From the IMG/VR virus record IMGVR_UViG_3300028581_000020, positions 32,001 through 96,000 of that record: 64,000 bases of DNA; one strand, written 5' to 3'. This document shows positions 8,597 through 17,684 of this stretch, piece by piece. Within the stretch, counting starts at the first letter, position 1, and the number at the start of each line of letters is the position of its first letter. The notes below the pieces were generated by a model. That model was not told where the DNA came from. It saw only the letters and a list, made by a program, of their open reading frames with translations, and did no database searches. The position numbers and the translations under genes were made by a program. Source of the DNA: a virus.

Positions 8597-8931
8597 TTAG
8601 TATTAGCTATCTACAAGAACTCGCTAAAAAAAGGCAAACCGAAATTGCAGATAATACGGAGAAGAAAAAACACATAGTTCCTTTTATAGTAGAGGAAAAA
8701 TTAAAACGTGCTGCGTATCTTCAACAAACACACACCACCGTAAATATTGCGTTCGAAATCGAACCTGAAAATTTTAAGAAGAATTTTCGTATATCTTTAG
8801 AAGACGTTAACGTTAATGATATCGTTGAAAAATTTGATGAGGTTGTTAAATCCCTTCAACCATTGGGTTACACTGTATGTAGTAATGCAGAATTATTTAC
8901 CAAATCAAAACACTACGTCATTGAGTGGTAA
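8593..8931 (+). CDS. hypothetical protein
   Basis: Coupled ORF. Confidence 0.6.
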   Translation: MISISYLQELAKKRQTEIADNTEKKKHIVPFIVEEKLKRAAYLQQTHTTVNIAFEIEPENFKKNFRISLEDVNVNDIVEKFDEVVKSLQPLGYTVCSNAELFTKSKHYVIEW

Positions 8932-9239
8932 TGGGTAAAAAACGAAACGAAGAATCATACGTTGAGAAACTCGAAAAAGAACTCAGAGAAGAAAAGGCCA
9001 AAAATAGACAGCTTATAAAGCGTCTCAGAAAGCTTGACAAAGCTTATAATCGGTCCATAAAAGAAGCGGAGCAAGAAGCCCGCGACGAACTAGAAAAGGA
9101 ATTTCATGGCCACGTTGAAAAAGAAGAAGTCGAAAAGTGTCCTTCCTGTGGAAAAGGAAGACTCCTTGAAATTAACCTCGGAGCCAGAATCATCAAAAAG
9201 TGTTCCCAATGCCCCTACAGGAAAACCGAAAAAGCCTAA
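8931..9239 (+). CDS. coiled-coil protein with C-terminal zinc ribbon
   Basis: E/K-rich coil, CPSC...CSQC. Confidence 0.6.
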   Translation: MGKKRNEESYVEKLEKELREEKAKNRQLIKRLRKLDKAYNRSIKEAEQEARDELEKEFHGHVEKEEVEKCPSCGKGRLLEINLGARIIKKCSQCPYRKTEKA

Positions 9240-9573
9240 GACCTTCAATTTTAAATCTTTTATCATTCAGTTATTACGTCGTGGAACTTATCGTTATAAA
9301 CCTAGAAATGACGCGCTAAAAGACGCTAAAATAGCTCGTAATCAGTATAAATGTGCAACATGTTCTGGTATTTTTGGAAGGAAAGACGTTCAAATTGACC
9401 ATACAGATCCCGTTGTAAGTGTTGAAACTGGATTTGTAGACTGGAATACATATATAACTCGTATGTATCCGGAAAAACAAGGCTTTCAAATTTTGTGTTC
9501 ACAATGTCATTCTAATAAATGCTTATTAGAAAAAGAAATGCGTAAGTTTTATAAGAATAAACTTGACAAATAA
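9106..9573 (+). CDS. HNH endonuclease
   Basis: CATC...VQIDH...LCSQCHSNK. Confidence 0.75.
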   Translation: MATLKKKKSKSVLPVEKEDSLKLTSEPESSKSVPNAPTGKPKKPKTFNFKSFIIQLLRRGTYRYKPRNDALKDAKIARNQYKCATCSGIFGRKDVQIDHTDPVVSVETGFVDWNTYITRMYPEKQGFQILCSQCHSNKCLLEKEMRKFYKNKLDK

Positions 9574-9591
9574 TGAATTCCATGTTAAATT
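9563..9591 (+). promoter_or_regulatory. sigma70-like promoter
   Basis: TTGACA-17 nt-TAAATT with a TG extension. Confidence 0.55.
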
Positions 9592-9606
9592 GAAAGGAAA
9601 TAAAAT

Positions 9607-9903
9607 ATGATTGTTCTTGACAAACTTAAAAAACTTATGGTATATTGTAATGAACAGGGAGTAATGCTTCCGTTACTACATGATCCAATTAAAAAGGCCC
9701 CTTCTGTGTCTCTGACATTCCTTTTCATCTCAGGGAATGTCGTTCTTGCCGGGCTTCTCGGTAAAGCCGCAGGATTCTTCGGCGGCATTGATATCTCACA
9801 AGCTCTCTATTGGTTTGGTATGTGCGCAGCTTTATATTTTAGTCGTAGCTTTTCTGGCGACGGCAAACAACAAAACATCTCAAACGATGAGAAAAAGGAA
9901 TAA
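9607..9903 (+). CDS. small membrane protein (holin candidate)
   Basis: Two hydrophobic segments and a charged C-terminus. Confidence 0.5.
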   Translation: MIVLDKLKKLMVYCNEQGVMLPLLHDPIKKAPSVSLTFLFISGNVVLAGLLGKAAGFFGGIDISQALYWFGMCAALYFSRSFSGDGKQQNISNDEKKE

Positions 9904-9905
9904 TA

Positions 9906-10814
9906 ATGAATAAGCTACTAATACTGTCCGGCCTTCTTTCAATTACTGCCCTAGCACAGGTTCCTCTATCCAAAACTGATATTGTTCTATCAGAAAAAAA
10001 CACGTTAGTGTTTAATACAGACTTTAATAGTCGTGATGTTGCTAAATTATCTCAGAATGCTCGGGATATGGACGCGGCCTTACCGTCACAAGAGCCTATT
10101 TTTCTTGTTATGTACTCGCCAGCAGGTAGTATCGACGCCGGTCTTGAGCTTATCGAAACGCTTACAAGTCTCAATCGACCCGTCAATACCCTATCTATCT
10201 TTGCCGCTAGTATGGGGTTTCAAACCGTCCAAGGTTTGGGTGAACGTCTCCTGGTAGCCAATGGTACGCTCATGAGCCATAAGGCCACCGGAGGATTTTC
10301 CGGTGAATTTCCCGGACAGCTAGACAGCAGATATTCTTACTATCTAAAGCGAATTGCTCGATTGGATGAGAAAGTTGTTGCTAGGTCTAAGGGAAAGCTT
10401 ACGCTAGAGAAATACCGTTCCTTGGTGGAAAATGAACATTGGTGTGACGGTGAAGATTGTGTAAAAGAAGGTCTTGCCGACAGGGTTGTTAAGGCGTCGT
10501 GCGACTCTACGCTGGCCGGAACAAATGACGTTGTTCTTGCTAAGTTTATGTTTGCCGGAGCATCAATACAAGTCAATGCTGTTAGATCTAAATGTCCACT
10601 AATCACTGGAATTTTGTCTGCTAGCGTTACTATTAATGGTGAAAACATGTACAAAGAAGCTAAACCTCAAAAAGACCCTGTCGTTGTGGATTATTATACC
10701 CAACAAGCCCAGCCGGTTCTTTCAAAAGAAGAGATTGCACAGTTGGTTATTCGGGTTGACAAAATTCTTGACGATAATAGCGGCACAAATCGTCAAGTAA
10801 TTCGAGGCTACTAA
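9906..10814 (+). CDS. exported ClpP-fold serine protease
   Basis: Signal peptide ending ALA-Q; SPAGS, AASMG (catalytic Ser), LMSH (His). Confidence 0.75.
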   Translation: MNKLLILSGLLSITALAQVPLSKTDIVLSEKNTLVFNTDFNSRDVAKLSQNARDMDAALPSQEPIFLVMYSPAGSIDAGLELIETLTSLNRPVNTLSIFAASMGFQTVQGLGERLLVANGTLMSHKATGGFSGEFPGQLDSRYSYYLKRIARLDEKVVARSKGKLTLEKYRSLVENEHWCDGEDCVKEGLADRVVKASCDSTLAGTNDVVLAKFMFAGASIQVNAVRSKCPLITGILSASVTINGENMYKEAKPQKDPVVVDYYTQQAQPVLSKEEIAQLVIRVDKILDDNSGTNRQVIRGY

Positions 10815-11077
10815 TGGAGTATTTGATCGGAATTATCGGCCTCCTTCTTGGGGGCTTTATTTTTCAGCGCACAAAGCGCAAATCAGCAGAATCGCTTCTA
10901 AATAATCTTCCGGTTAAAGAAGAAGCTGCAAAGCACGAAGCCTCCGTTACCAAGAATGAGGCTTTAGGTGACGCTGAGAAACAAAAACGGGCAGACATTG
11001 AATCGGAAACAAAGGCAAAACAAGATGAATCGACTAATCTACAAGATCTTGAGCGTTTCTTTAATCGCAAGCCTTAA
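10814..11077 (+). CDS. N-terminally anchored coiled-coil protein (spanin-like candidate)
   Basis: N-terminal TM followed by a helical charged region. Confidence 0.45.
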   Translation: MEYLIGIIGLLLGGFIFQRTKRKSAESLLNNLPVKEEAAKHEASVTKNEALGDAEKQKRADIESETKAKQDESTNLQDLERFFNRKP

Positions 11078-11426
11078 TATCTCAGCATTAGCACAAGAAG
11101 TAGTTATCGTACAAAAGGGTCAGGAAGCTCCTTTCACGGGGCTTCTTTTCACCAAAGAACGAGCCGATGTTATCAGGGACAATGAAATTGCTCTAGATGG
11201 ACAAAAGAAACTTAATACATCTTTAAACCTTGAACTAACGTTTAAAGACTCCTCTTTAAATGCCCGTAAATCGGAAATTGACATTCTAATGGCCCAGAAC
11301 GACAAGCTGTCAAAATCGCTCATGGAAGAGCGCTCTGTGGGCTCCTGGGAGCGTCTTAGTTGGGTAGCGGTTGGTATTTTAGCTTCAGGATTAGCATTTT
11401 ATGGACTCCAAAAAGTACAAAAATAG
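11025..11426 (+). CDS. signal peptide + coiled coil + C-terminal TM protein
   Basis: MNRLIYKILSVSLIASLNISALA; C-terminal WVAVGILASGLAFYGL. Confidence 0.55.
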   Translation: MNRLIYKILSVSLIASLNISALAQEVVIVQKGQEAPFTGLLFTKERADVIRDNEIALDGQKKLNTSLNLELTFKDSSLNARKSEIDILMAQNDKLSKSLMEERSVGSWERLSWVAVGILASGLAFYGLQKVQK

Positions 11427-12096
11427 CACAGAAGATCTTTTAACGGCTCTTAATTCTTCAGATAAAGACATTGTTATTATTGAGAAAGAAGCTCCCTCTG
11501 ACATTGGTCGGGCGGGGGTTTTTTTACGTTTGTATGATCTTATGCCCGGAAGTACTAAAATCTCACAGAATACAGTTTTTAAAGCTTATAAACTTAGTGT
11601 TAAGAAATTTAAAATCAAGTTTAAAACTAAGCAATCCTTTTTTGACTATTTAGCAACGCTAGGATTTAATACTGAGAGGAATTTTGTATTTGTCGATGGA
11701 AAAGTCAAGGAGCTGGTTTATGCCGCGACTGAAAAAGAAGTAAAGATGGCTAAATACAAGAAAGAAACCACATATAAACTTCTAGAACAGTTTATTAATG
11801 AGCTTTCGATTTCCCCAGGCGATTGTCGTTGGGCTTTTGCCAATGTTCGTACAGTGATTTGGCTATGGCTTATTAATAATAAGTTAAAAAATCGTGTAGA
11901 ATCGAAGCATATCAGTCATGCGTTCTTTAAAAAACACAAATTGGCGAGTAGTAGTACATATCATCTCTACGTCTCGGATGACGCAGATAAAAACATGAAG
12001 GAGTATTTAAATGGTAATGCAAGTAAAGAAAAAACGAGTAAAGCGCAAGAGTCTAAAATACCCGGCGCTGGACCCGGCGGTCAATCTAAAGACTAG
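11401..12096 (+). CDS. hypothetical basic protein
   Basis: 231-aa ORF. Confidence 0.6.
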   Translation: MDSKKYKNSTEDLLTALNSSDKDIVIIEKEAPSDIGRAGVFLRLYDLMPGSTKISQNTVFKAYKLSVKKFKIKFKTKQSFFDYLATLGFNTERNFVFVDGKVKELVYAATEKEVKMAKYKKETTYKLLEQFINELSISPGDCRWAFANVRTVIWLWLINNKLKNRVESKHISHAFFKKHKLASSSTYHLYVSDDADKNMKEYLNGNASKEKTSKAQESKIPGAGPGGQSKD

Positions 12097-12424
12097 ATCT
12101 GATTTGATTGACTATGATTATATTAATAAGCTCTCTGAGAAAGAGAAAGCTTTTCTAAATGACTTTACTGAAGAATATACAAACGCTTCACTAGACTCTA
12201 AAAATCTAGAAAACAATATGCATAATACTGTTGCGTTGAAACGTGACTGTTATAAGCGCAATAATGACAGAAATGCTGACATCTATACAAAATCTAAGGC
12301 TCAGGGAATTTTATTACAGCTCGATGACTTGAAAATCTTCAATGAAAATGAAGAAGATCAGATGATTGAGCGTATTATTTTAAGAAAGAGCGTTAATAAT
12401 ACCGATGACGATGGCAACAAATGA
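12011..12424 (+). CDS. hypothetical protein
   Basis: Last + strand ORF before the strand switch. Confidence 0.6.
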   Translation: MVMQVKKKRVKRKSLKYPALDPAVNLKTRSDLIDYDYINKLSEKEKAFLNDFTEEYTNASLDSKNLENNMHNTVALKRDCYKRNNDRNADIYTKSKAQGILLQLDDLKIFNENEEDQMIERIILRKSVNNTDDDGNK

Positions 12425-12655
12425 TGCTATTGCTGCAACATAACCCAAAATTTCAGCCGTAAACTTAATTTTTCTAACATGAAGTTTGATAGGTTCAAGA
12501 TCTTGTCGTAATAAACCGATACTTTCTTCAGCTAGATCTGTACGTTTAATGTGATGATCTATGTTTGATTCTTGTTTAGCAAGCGTAACCTTCATCTCGC
12601 CAATATCCTCTGAGATTTTTTCTACTTTTTCGTAAAGTTTATCAGCGATAGACAT
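12380..12655 (-). CDS. coiled-coil protein with C-terminal TM (XhlA/holin-like)
   Basis: Heptad coil then ILGYVAAIASFVAIVIGII. Confidence 0.55.
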   Translation of the reverse strand: MSIADKLYEKVEKISEDIGEMKVTLAKQESNIDHHIKRTDLAEESIGLLRQDLEPIKLHVRKIKFTAEILGYVAAIASFVAIVIGIINALS

Positions 12656-12657
12656 GA

Positions 12658-14544
12658 TTACTCCTCAGTCGGCAGTTGTTCTCCAACAGCTTGTCTCGCT
12701 GCTGGGTTTTGTAATATCGTAAATAGTGCGGCATTCTTAGCCATCTGATTCTTATCAGAAAGCGCCGTGCGTAAAGCCTCTCCGACTTTTCCTAGTCCGG
12801 GGGTATTTTGTAGCTTATCTGCAATAAACATCAAGTTGTCGTCGCTGGCAGTCGTTAGCGCACGATTGAAATTTGGTAGTGCTCTGGCGGCCTTCCCTGC
12901 CAAGTTTGCGGCCTCAATTGGGATACCCCTACCAGTCGATACACGACCAAAACTAGCTACAGATATAAGATTATTAAATACGTTACCATGTGGGTCAGTT
13001 CCCAGGGCTGTATGTACGGTGGCGGCTTTGTCGGCTTCATCACGAATTTGCTTAAAGAAAGAGTTTTTATCAACTCCCATTCTATCAAAGATAGTTTCTA
13101 ATTGTTTACCTTCTTTAGATGCTTCGAATTTACGAACGGCTTCAGACGATTCTAATTGCTTAAAGTTTTGTTTTAATTTATTCAAAAGCTCTGTAGAATC
13201 TAAGGCTTTAGTTCCAGGAAGTTCCGATTTATTAATTAGATTCTTCAATTCGTCATAAACCTTGGTTTCGCCCGTCTTTAATTGTCCATAACGAACATTA
13301 GAAAGGCCTTCAGGACGAGCTTTTCCGATGATGGTTTCCGGAATCATTTCGCGGAACTCGGCAAAACGTTTAGCAGCTTTAGCGTATTCTGGAACTTGGT
13401 CATTAAGACGGCTCATAATATTTCGACTAAGATTCTGTAGATTTTCTCTTGCGGCTCGGGATTCTGGATTTAAATTTGCGGCAAGGTATTTAGATGCGTC
13501 GTCAAGCTCTGCTCGTAAAGAACGCACTTGATCTGGGGTGAATTCGAAATTAGGCTGTGAGTAAATCTTACGGAAAATCTTTGAAATAGTATTATCTGCG
13601 TCAATAGCAGGGTTATTGAGGAATGCCTTTTCTAATTCTTGTGCCGATTTATTAAGATCTGCACCAATATTAACCTTAATACCCTTTGCGGTTGCATTGG
13701 CAATGGAATCACCAACAGCCTTCCCGAGCATGTCGTCGGCGGCATTAATTTTATTCAACATAACTTCTGCGGCCTGACCTGGTTTAGACGCAAAAGCTTC
13801 TTTATTGGCAATATCAGTTCCTTCTTTACCGACATCAAATGCGTATTTCATTTGTCTGAGAAGTGCTGGGGCTTTATCTTTGTCCGGGACTTTTTTAAGC
13901 AGGGCGGCAGCGCCAGCTTTAGCCCCCATACCTAGAGCGCCTAATGTACCAAAACCCGCACCCCACTTAGCGCCACTTTCAGCGCCCTCAAGTCCGGATT
14001 CCAGGAGTTTTTTACGACTATCTTCAGTATCAAGGTTTCCTTCAGACTGCGTGAGTCCTAGGATTCCTCCCGTAACGCCTCCGACGCCAGCGCCCTTAGC
14101 GACACTTCCGGCCATGCGAGCAAGAAGAGGAAGCTTTGTTGCGCCTTGTGCGGCCTTGCCAATAGGCAAGAGAGCGCCCATGCCAATGCTACCGGCAATA
14201 TTACTAATCGTACCAGCAGTCGGACTTCTTTTCATTGCATCTTTGGCTTCTTTTTCACCAATCTTCTGATATTCGCGATATAACTCGGTCCAGTCTTTGC
14301 TAGAATCCCCGCCCATTGAATCGGGAAGAATCTTGGCAAGCGAAGCCCCAACAGCACCAGAAGCCTCATCGGCAAGACCACCAGAAAATCCTTGAGCCGC
14401 TTGAATTGCGCTGTCATACAAAGTCTCACCGACAGCGTTGGCACCTTCTTGAATACGAGATCCAATAGAGGGACCTTCGAGGCTTTGCTCTTCAAATCCA
14501 TCATCTAAACCGACATCAATAAAACCATCATCAAGTTTTGGCAT
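12658..14544 (-). CDS. putative internal virion / ejection protein
   Basis: Gly/Ala-rich hydrophobic N-half, helical C-half; position at the end of the tail operon. Confidence 0.6.
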   Translation of the reverse strand: MPKLDDGFIDVGLDDGFEEQSLEGPSIGSRIQEGANAVGETLYDSAIQAAQGFSGGLADEASGAVGASLAKILPDSMGGDSSKDWTELYREYQKIGEKEAKDAMKRSPTAGTISNIAGSIGMGALLPIGKAAQGATKLPLLARMAGSVAKGAGVGGVTGGILGLTQSEGNLDTEDSRKKLLESGLEGAESGAKWGAGFGTLGALGMGAKAGAAALLKKVPDKDKAPALLRQMKYAFDVGKEGTDIANKEAFASKPGQAAEVMLNKINAADDMLGKAVGDSIANATAKGIKVNIGADLNKSAQELEKAFLNNPAIDADNTISKIFRKIYSQPNFEFTPDQVRSLRAELDDASKYLAANLNPESRAARENLQNLSRNIMSRLNDQVPEYAKAAKRFAEFREMIPETIIGKARPEGLSNVRYGQLKTGETKVYDELKNLINKSELPGTKALDSTELLNKLKQNFKQLESSEAVRKFEASKEGKQLETIFDRMGVDKNSFFKQIRDEADKAATVHTALGTDPHGNVFNNLISVASFGRVSTGRGIPIEAANLAGKAARALPNFNRALTTASDDNLMFIADKLQNTPGLGKVGEALRTALSDKNQMAKNAALFTILQNPAARQAVGEQLPTEE

Positions 14545-16229
14545 TATAATTTTCCATCCTTGATTTCTTTAGTTCCATCAGCATAAATAAATTGCGTTTG
14601 ATTAGTTTTAGGATTGTACCCCTTTTTCACAACAGACTTTTGTTGAGATTGTGAAGGAGCTTCGGGAACTTCCGGTAAAATAAGACTAGCATCAACACCA
14701 CGTTTTTTAGCTTGCTGCAAATACGGAGCTGCGGTCGTTTTCCATTGACCATATTGTACGTTTCTGGCGTTTATTGCGAAATTTTTAACATTTTCGCGCT
14801 CTTTTGGCGTTAAAATTTCCCCTTTTAGGCCGCGAGTAATGGAACTTTTTACTGTCGTTGGAATTGAGCGTGCATTCCTAACGAACGAAATTTCACCTTC
14901 ACGAACCACTGAATCTGGATCTAGAGAACGAACGAATCCGTATAATAGCGCCAAATCGTTTTGTGGGTTGGGTTTATTAACCAACTCATCCATCTGTTTC
15001 GTCATACTATCCAAGGTCATGAGTTTTTCGTATTCTTTTCCGGTGACTTTCGGTGCCACTTGTCGGGCAAATTCTTCTCCGCGCTGGTCTTCTTTTGTTT
15101 GCCTATTTACAGCGAGGACCGCCTGGCGGAATTTACCTTCTTCTTTTCTAGCATCCAGACGATCAGCTTGCATGTCTTTTTGATTTTGACGCGCAAGCTC
15201 CATTTCCTTTTCTTTAAATACGTTAGGAAGAATCTTTTCTAGATCTTCAGCAGAAGCATCGCCCTTAACTTCAAGACCAAGCTTCTTCATATAATCACGA
15301 TAACCTTTAGATACAGGACTATTTGGGTCTTTCTTATCAAGAGCCATCGTTTCTTTTACTTGACCGGGCATTGCTTGGGCTTGTTCAATGTTCTTTTGGA
15401 ACAATTCTTGACCAACAGGTTTAACGTGAGCAATCGAAGAACCGATTAAATTTGCAGATTGGCCCAGATTACCAACTAGAGAACCTCTATTAGCTCCCTC
15501 TTGTGCTGCCATAAAAGCCGCCATACGATCTTGTCCATCACCAAAGTCAATGGACTTCTGGGGAGGAGGAAGCGGAGCTTCTAGCTGTGCTGGGGCTCTT
15601 GGGGCAATAGATGCCGGAGGCTTCATACCATCAGCAGGAGGAGGCATAATTGGAGCTTCTAGGGCTTGTGGGGCTTCAGGCATAGGGGGCTGTGACGCCA
15701 TAGGAGCCATTGGAGGCTCACCCTTGACGGAAGGAGATCCACGGAGCATGTCCATAAGACCGAGGGCACCCAAACCGCCTCCCACGACGTATGGAAGAGC
15801 CTTAGGAGTTGACATATTTACAGGGGCAGGAGGAGGAAGGGCTAGTTGCGCAGATTGAGGTGGAAGGGCTTTTGGGGCCATAGAAGGTGCGGCCTCGTCC
15901 GCCATACGAAAAACACCTTCTTCGAAATCATCGGCAGCGCCCATGGCTTTTTTAGTGAAATCGTATCCCTTAGGAACCATATCACCAACAACTTCGGCTT
16001 CTTTTGCTGCCATTGGAAGCGCCTTCATTGCGCCAGAACCGACATTTGAAATTGACCCAATCATAGACGCGCCTTGGGTTGACAAATCACGAATTTTTCT
16101 AGCTTTGTCTTCATCACCAACGAGTTTAGCCGTCATTTCGTCAATGCCTTTTTCGTAAGGAGCGGCAATATCCAACATGGGCTTTTGAAGCTCTTTGTAT
16201 TTCTTAAGAAGCTCTTCTAAGTAATTCAT
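14544..16229 (-). CDS. putative internal virion / ejection protein
   Basis: Pro/Ala/Met-rich linker; DPDSVVREGE; position. Confidence 0.55.
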   Translation of the reverse strand: MNYLEELLKKYKELQKPMLDIAAPYEKGIDEMTAKLVGDEDKARKIRDLSTQGASMIGSISNVGSGAMKALPMAAKEAEVVGDMVPKGYDFTKKAMGAADDFEEGVFRMADEAAPSMAPKALPPQSAQLALPPPAPVNMSTPKALPYVVGGGLGALGLMDMLRGSPSVKGEPPMAPMASQPPMPEAPQALEAPIMPPPADGMKPPASIAPRAPAQLEAPLPPPQKSIDFGDGQDRMAAFMAAQEGANRGSLVGNLGQSANLIGSSIAHVKPVGQELFQKNIEQAQAMPGQVKETMALDKKDPNSPVSKGYRDYMKKLGLEVKGDASAEDLEKILPNVFKEKEMELARQNQKDMQADRLDARKEEGKFRQAVLAVNRQTKEDQRGEEFARQVAPKVTGKEYEKLMTLDSMTKQMDELVNKPNPQNDLALLYGFVRSLDPDSVVREGEISFVRNARSIPTTVKSSITRGLKGEILTPKERENVKNFAINARNVQYGQWKTTAAPYLQQAKKRGVDASLILPEVPEAPSQSQQKSVVKKGYNPKTNQTQFIYADGTKEIKDGKL

Positions 16230-17305
16230 TATGCAATACTCCCGGAGTTACCGAATCCCGAGCCGGAAGAATTTCCTTTTATAAGTTTTTTTGCCGAATT
16301 CTCTAGTTCTTTGTCTTTCAATCTCTTCAAAATCTCATTGTTTTGGAGATAATTAGCACCGGCTCCTAGCCCAGAACCAACACCACTACCAATCCCAGAC
16401 CACATTTGTGCTGTAGAATTTGCATTATTTTGGTCATTTGACGCCTTACCTTGAAGAGCATTTGCTTTGCGTTCGGCCTGTGCTGCACGATTTGCATATT
16501 CTTGCGCTTCTGCGCTTCTTTGACGATTTAGTTCTTGATTGGCCTGTGCTGTATTTTGATCTGAGGCCTGTTGTGCGGCATTTAGATTGTATTTTTGTGC
16601 TTCATTTGAAGAATTAGTATTGCGCGTTTGGCGAGCAATTTGATTTTGTAAATTAAAACGTGACATTTCATCAGCAGCGGAAGCCTTGGCTTGTGCAATC
16701 GTATTATCTTGTCCGCGAATGCTACCGGACATATTACCGTATTTATCTAGGGCGCTTAAAGACGCTCGGGAAGCCTCTGCCGCTAGACGGTCAGCTTCTT
16801 CTGCTTGTTGGTTTGCACCGCTTTGTGCTGCTTGTAATTGAGCAACTAGCTCTGCGCCAGAACCACCCATACCACGTTGTTGTAGTTGTTGGAGAATTTG
16901 TCCACGTTGTCCTTGAACATCACGTTGAACTTTATTACGCATTTCATTGAATGCTGCTCTCTCTTCAGGACCAATTCCGGTTTCGGAGCGGTCTTTTAGA
17001 AGCTGCAAAGCGCTCATCTGAGCTTCACGAAGACTGGGATCTTCCTGTACTTGCGCTGCTTGCGATACAGCATCACCAAGGTCTTTTTCTAATTGAGGAG
17101 TTAAAACCCCAACAGACTTGAATTTTTCTAGAATGATTTCTCGTTGAAGATCAGGGCCAGCGCCAATAGCGTCAATTTCTGCCATAGCAGCATCGAGGGC
17201 CTGCTGCGCTTTTTCTCTGTCTCCACGAGACGAAATGTTGCCAATAACACCACCAGCAATGGGGGCTAAAGCACTACCAATAGCGAGAGCTGTTCCGACT
17301 GCCAT
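16229..17305 (-). CDS. putative DNA pilot / ejection protein
   Basis: Hydrophobic Gly-rich N-terminus; Q/A/N-rich coiled coil. Confidence 0.6.
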   Translation of the reverse strand: MAVGTALAIGSALAPIAGGVIGNISSRGDREKAQQALDAAMAEIDAIGAGPDLQREIILEKFKSVGVLTPQLEKDLGDAVSQAAQVQEDPSLREAQMSALQLLKDRSETGIGPEERAAFNEMRNKVQRDVQGQRGQILQQLQQRGMGGSGAELVAQLQAAQSGANQQAEEADRLAAEASRASLSALDKYGNMSGSIRGQDNTIAQAKASAADEMSRFNLQNQIARQTRNTNSSNEAQKYNLNAAQQASDQNTAQANQELNRQRSAEAQEYANRAAQAERKANALQGKASNDQNNANSTAQMWSGIGSGVGSGLGAGANYLQNNEILKRLKDKELENSAKKLIKGNSSGSGFGNSGSIA

Positions 17306-17306
17306 T

Positions 17307-17684
17307 TTATAACCTCTTTATCATATTAGACATTTTAGTGTCTGTAATTAAAAAACCAAAGTCTTCATATCTCTGAATAAGTCCAGGATGCTCCAGAGAA
17401 GTAAACACACTTTTAAACCCAGATTCTTTTGCTTGTGACAAAAGATCGTCAATAATCAAATTCAGAGCTTGACTACGATCAGACTTATCTGACTCTGGGT
17501 TTGAAATAACAAACTCAAGCCAACAAATTTTACTATCCGTACGATACAAAAAACCAGCAGCAACGCCATCGACAATCATTCCCGTGGCTGGAAGCATGTC
17601 GTAAGAAGGAACAGACCAATCCCTAGCTCTCCACCATGAGGCGAGAGTTGGATAATCGGTTATTTCTACCTTACGCAATACCAT
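17307..17684 (-). CDS. GNAT-fold virion-module protein
   Basis: LPATGMIV..AAGFLY.T motif, C-terminal YEDFGF; homologous to 41055..41453. Confidence 0.65.
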   Translation of the reverse strand: MVLRKVEITDYPTLASWWRARDWSVPSYDMLPATGMIVDGVAAGFLYRTDSKICWLEFVISNPESDKSDRSQALNLIIDDLLSQAKESGFKSVFTSLEHPGLIQRYEDFGFLITDTKMSNMIKRL

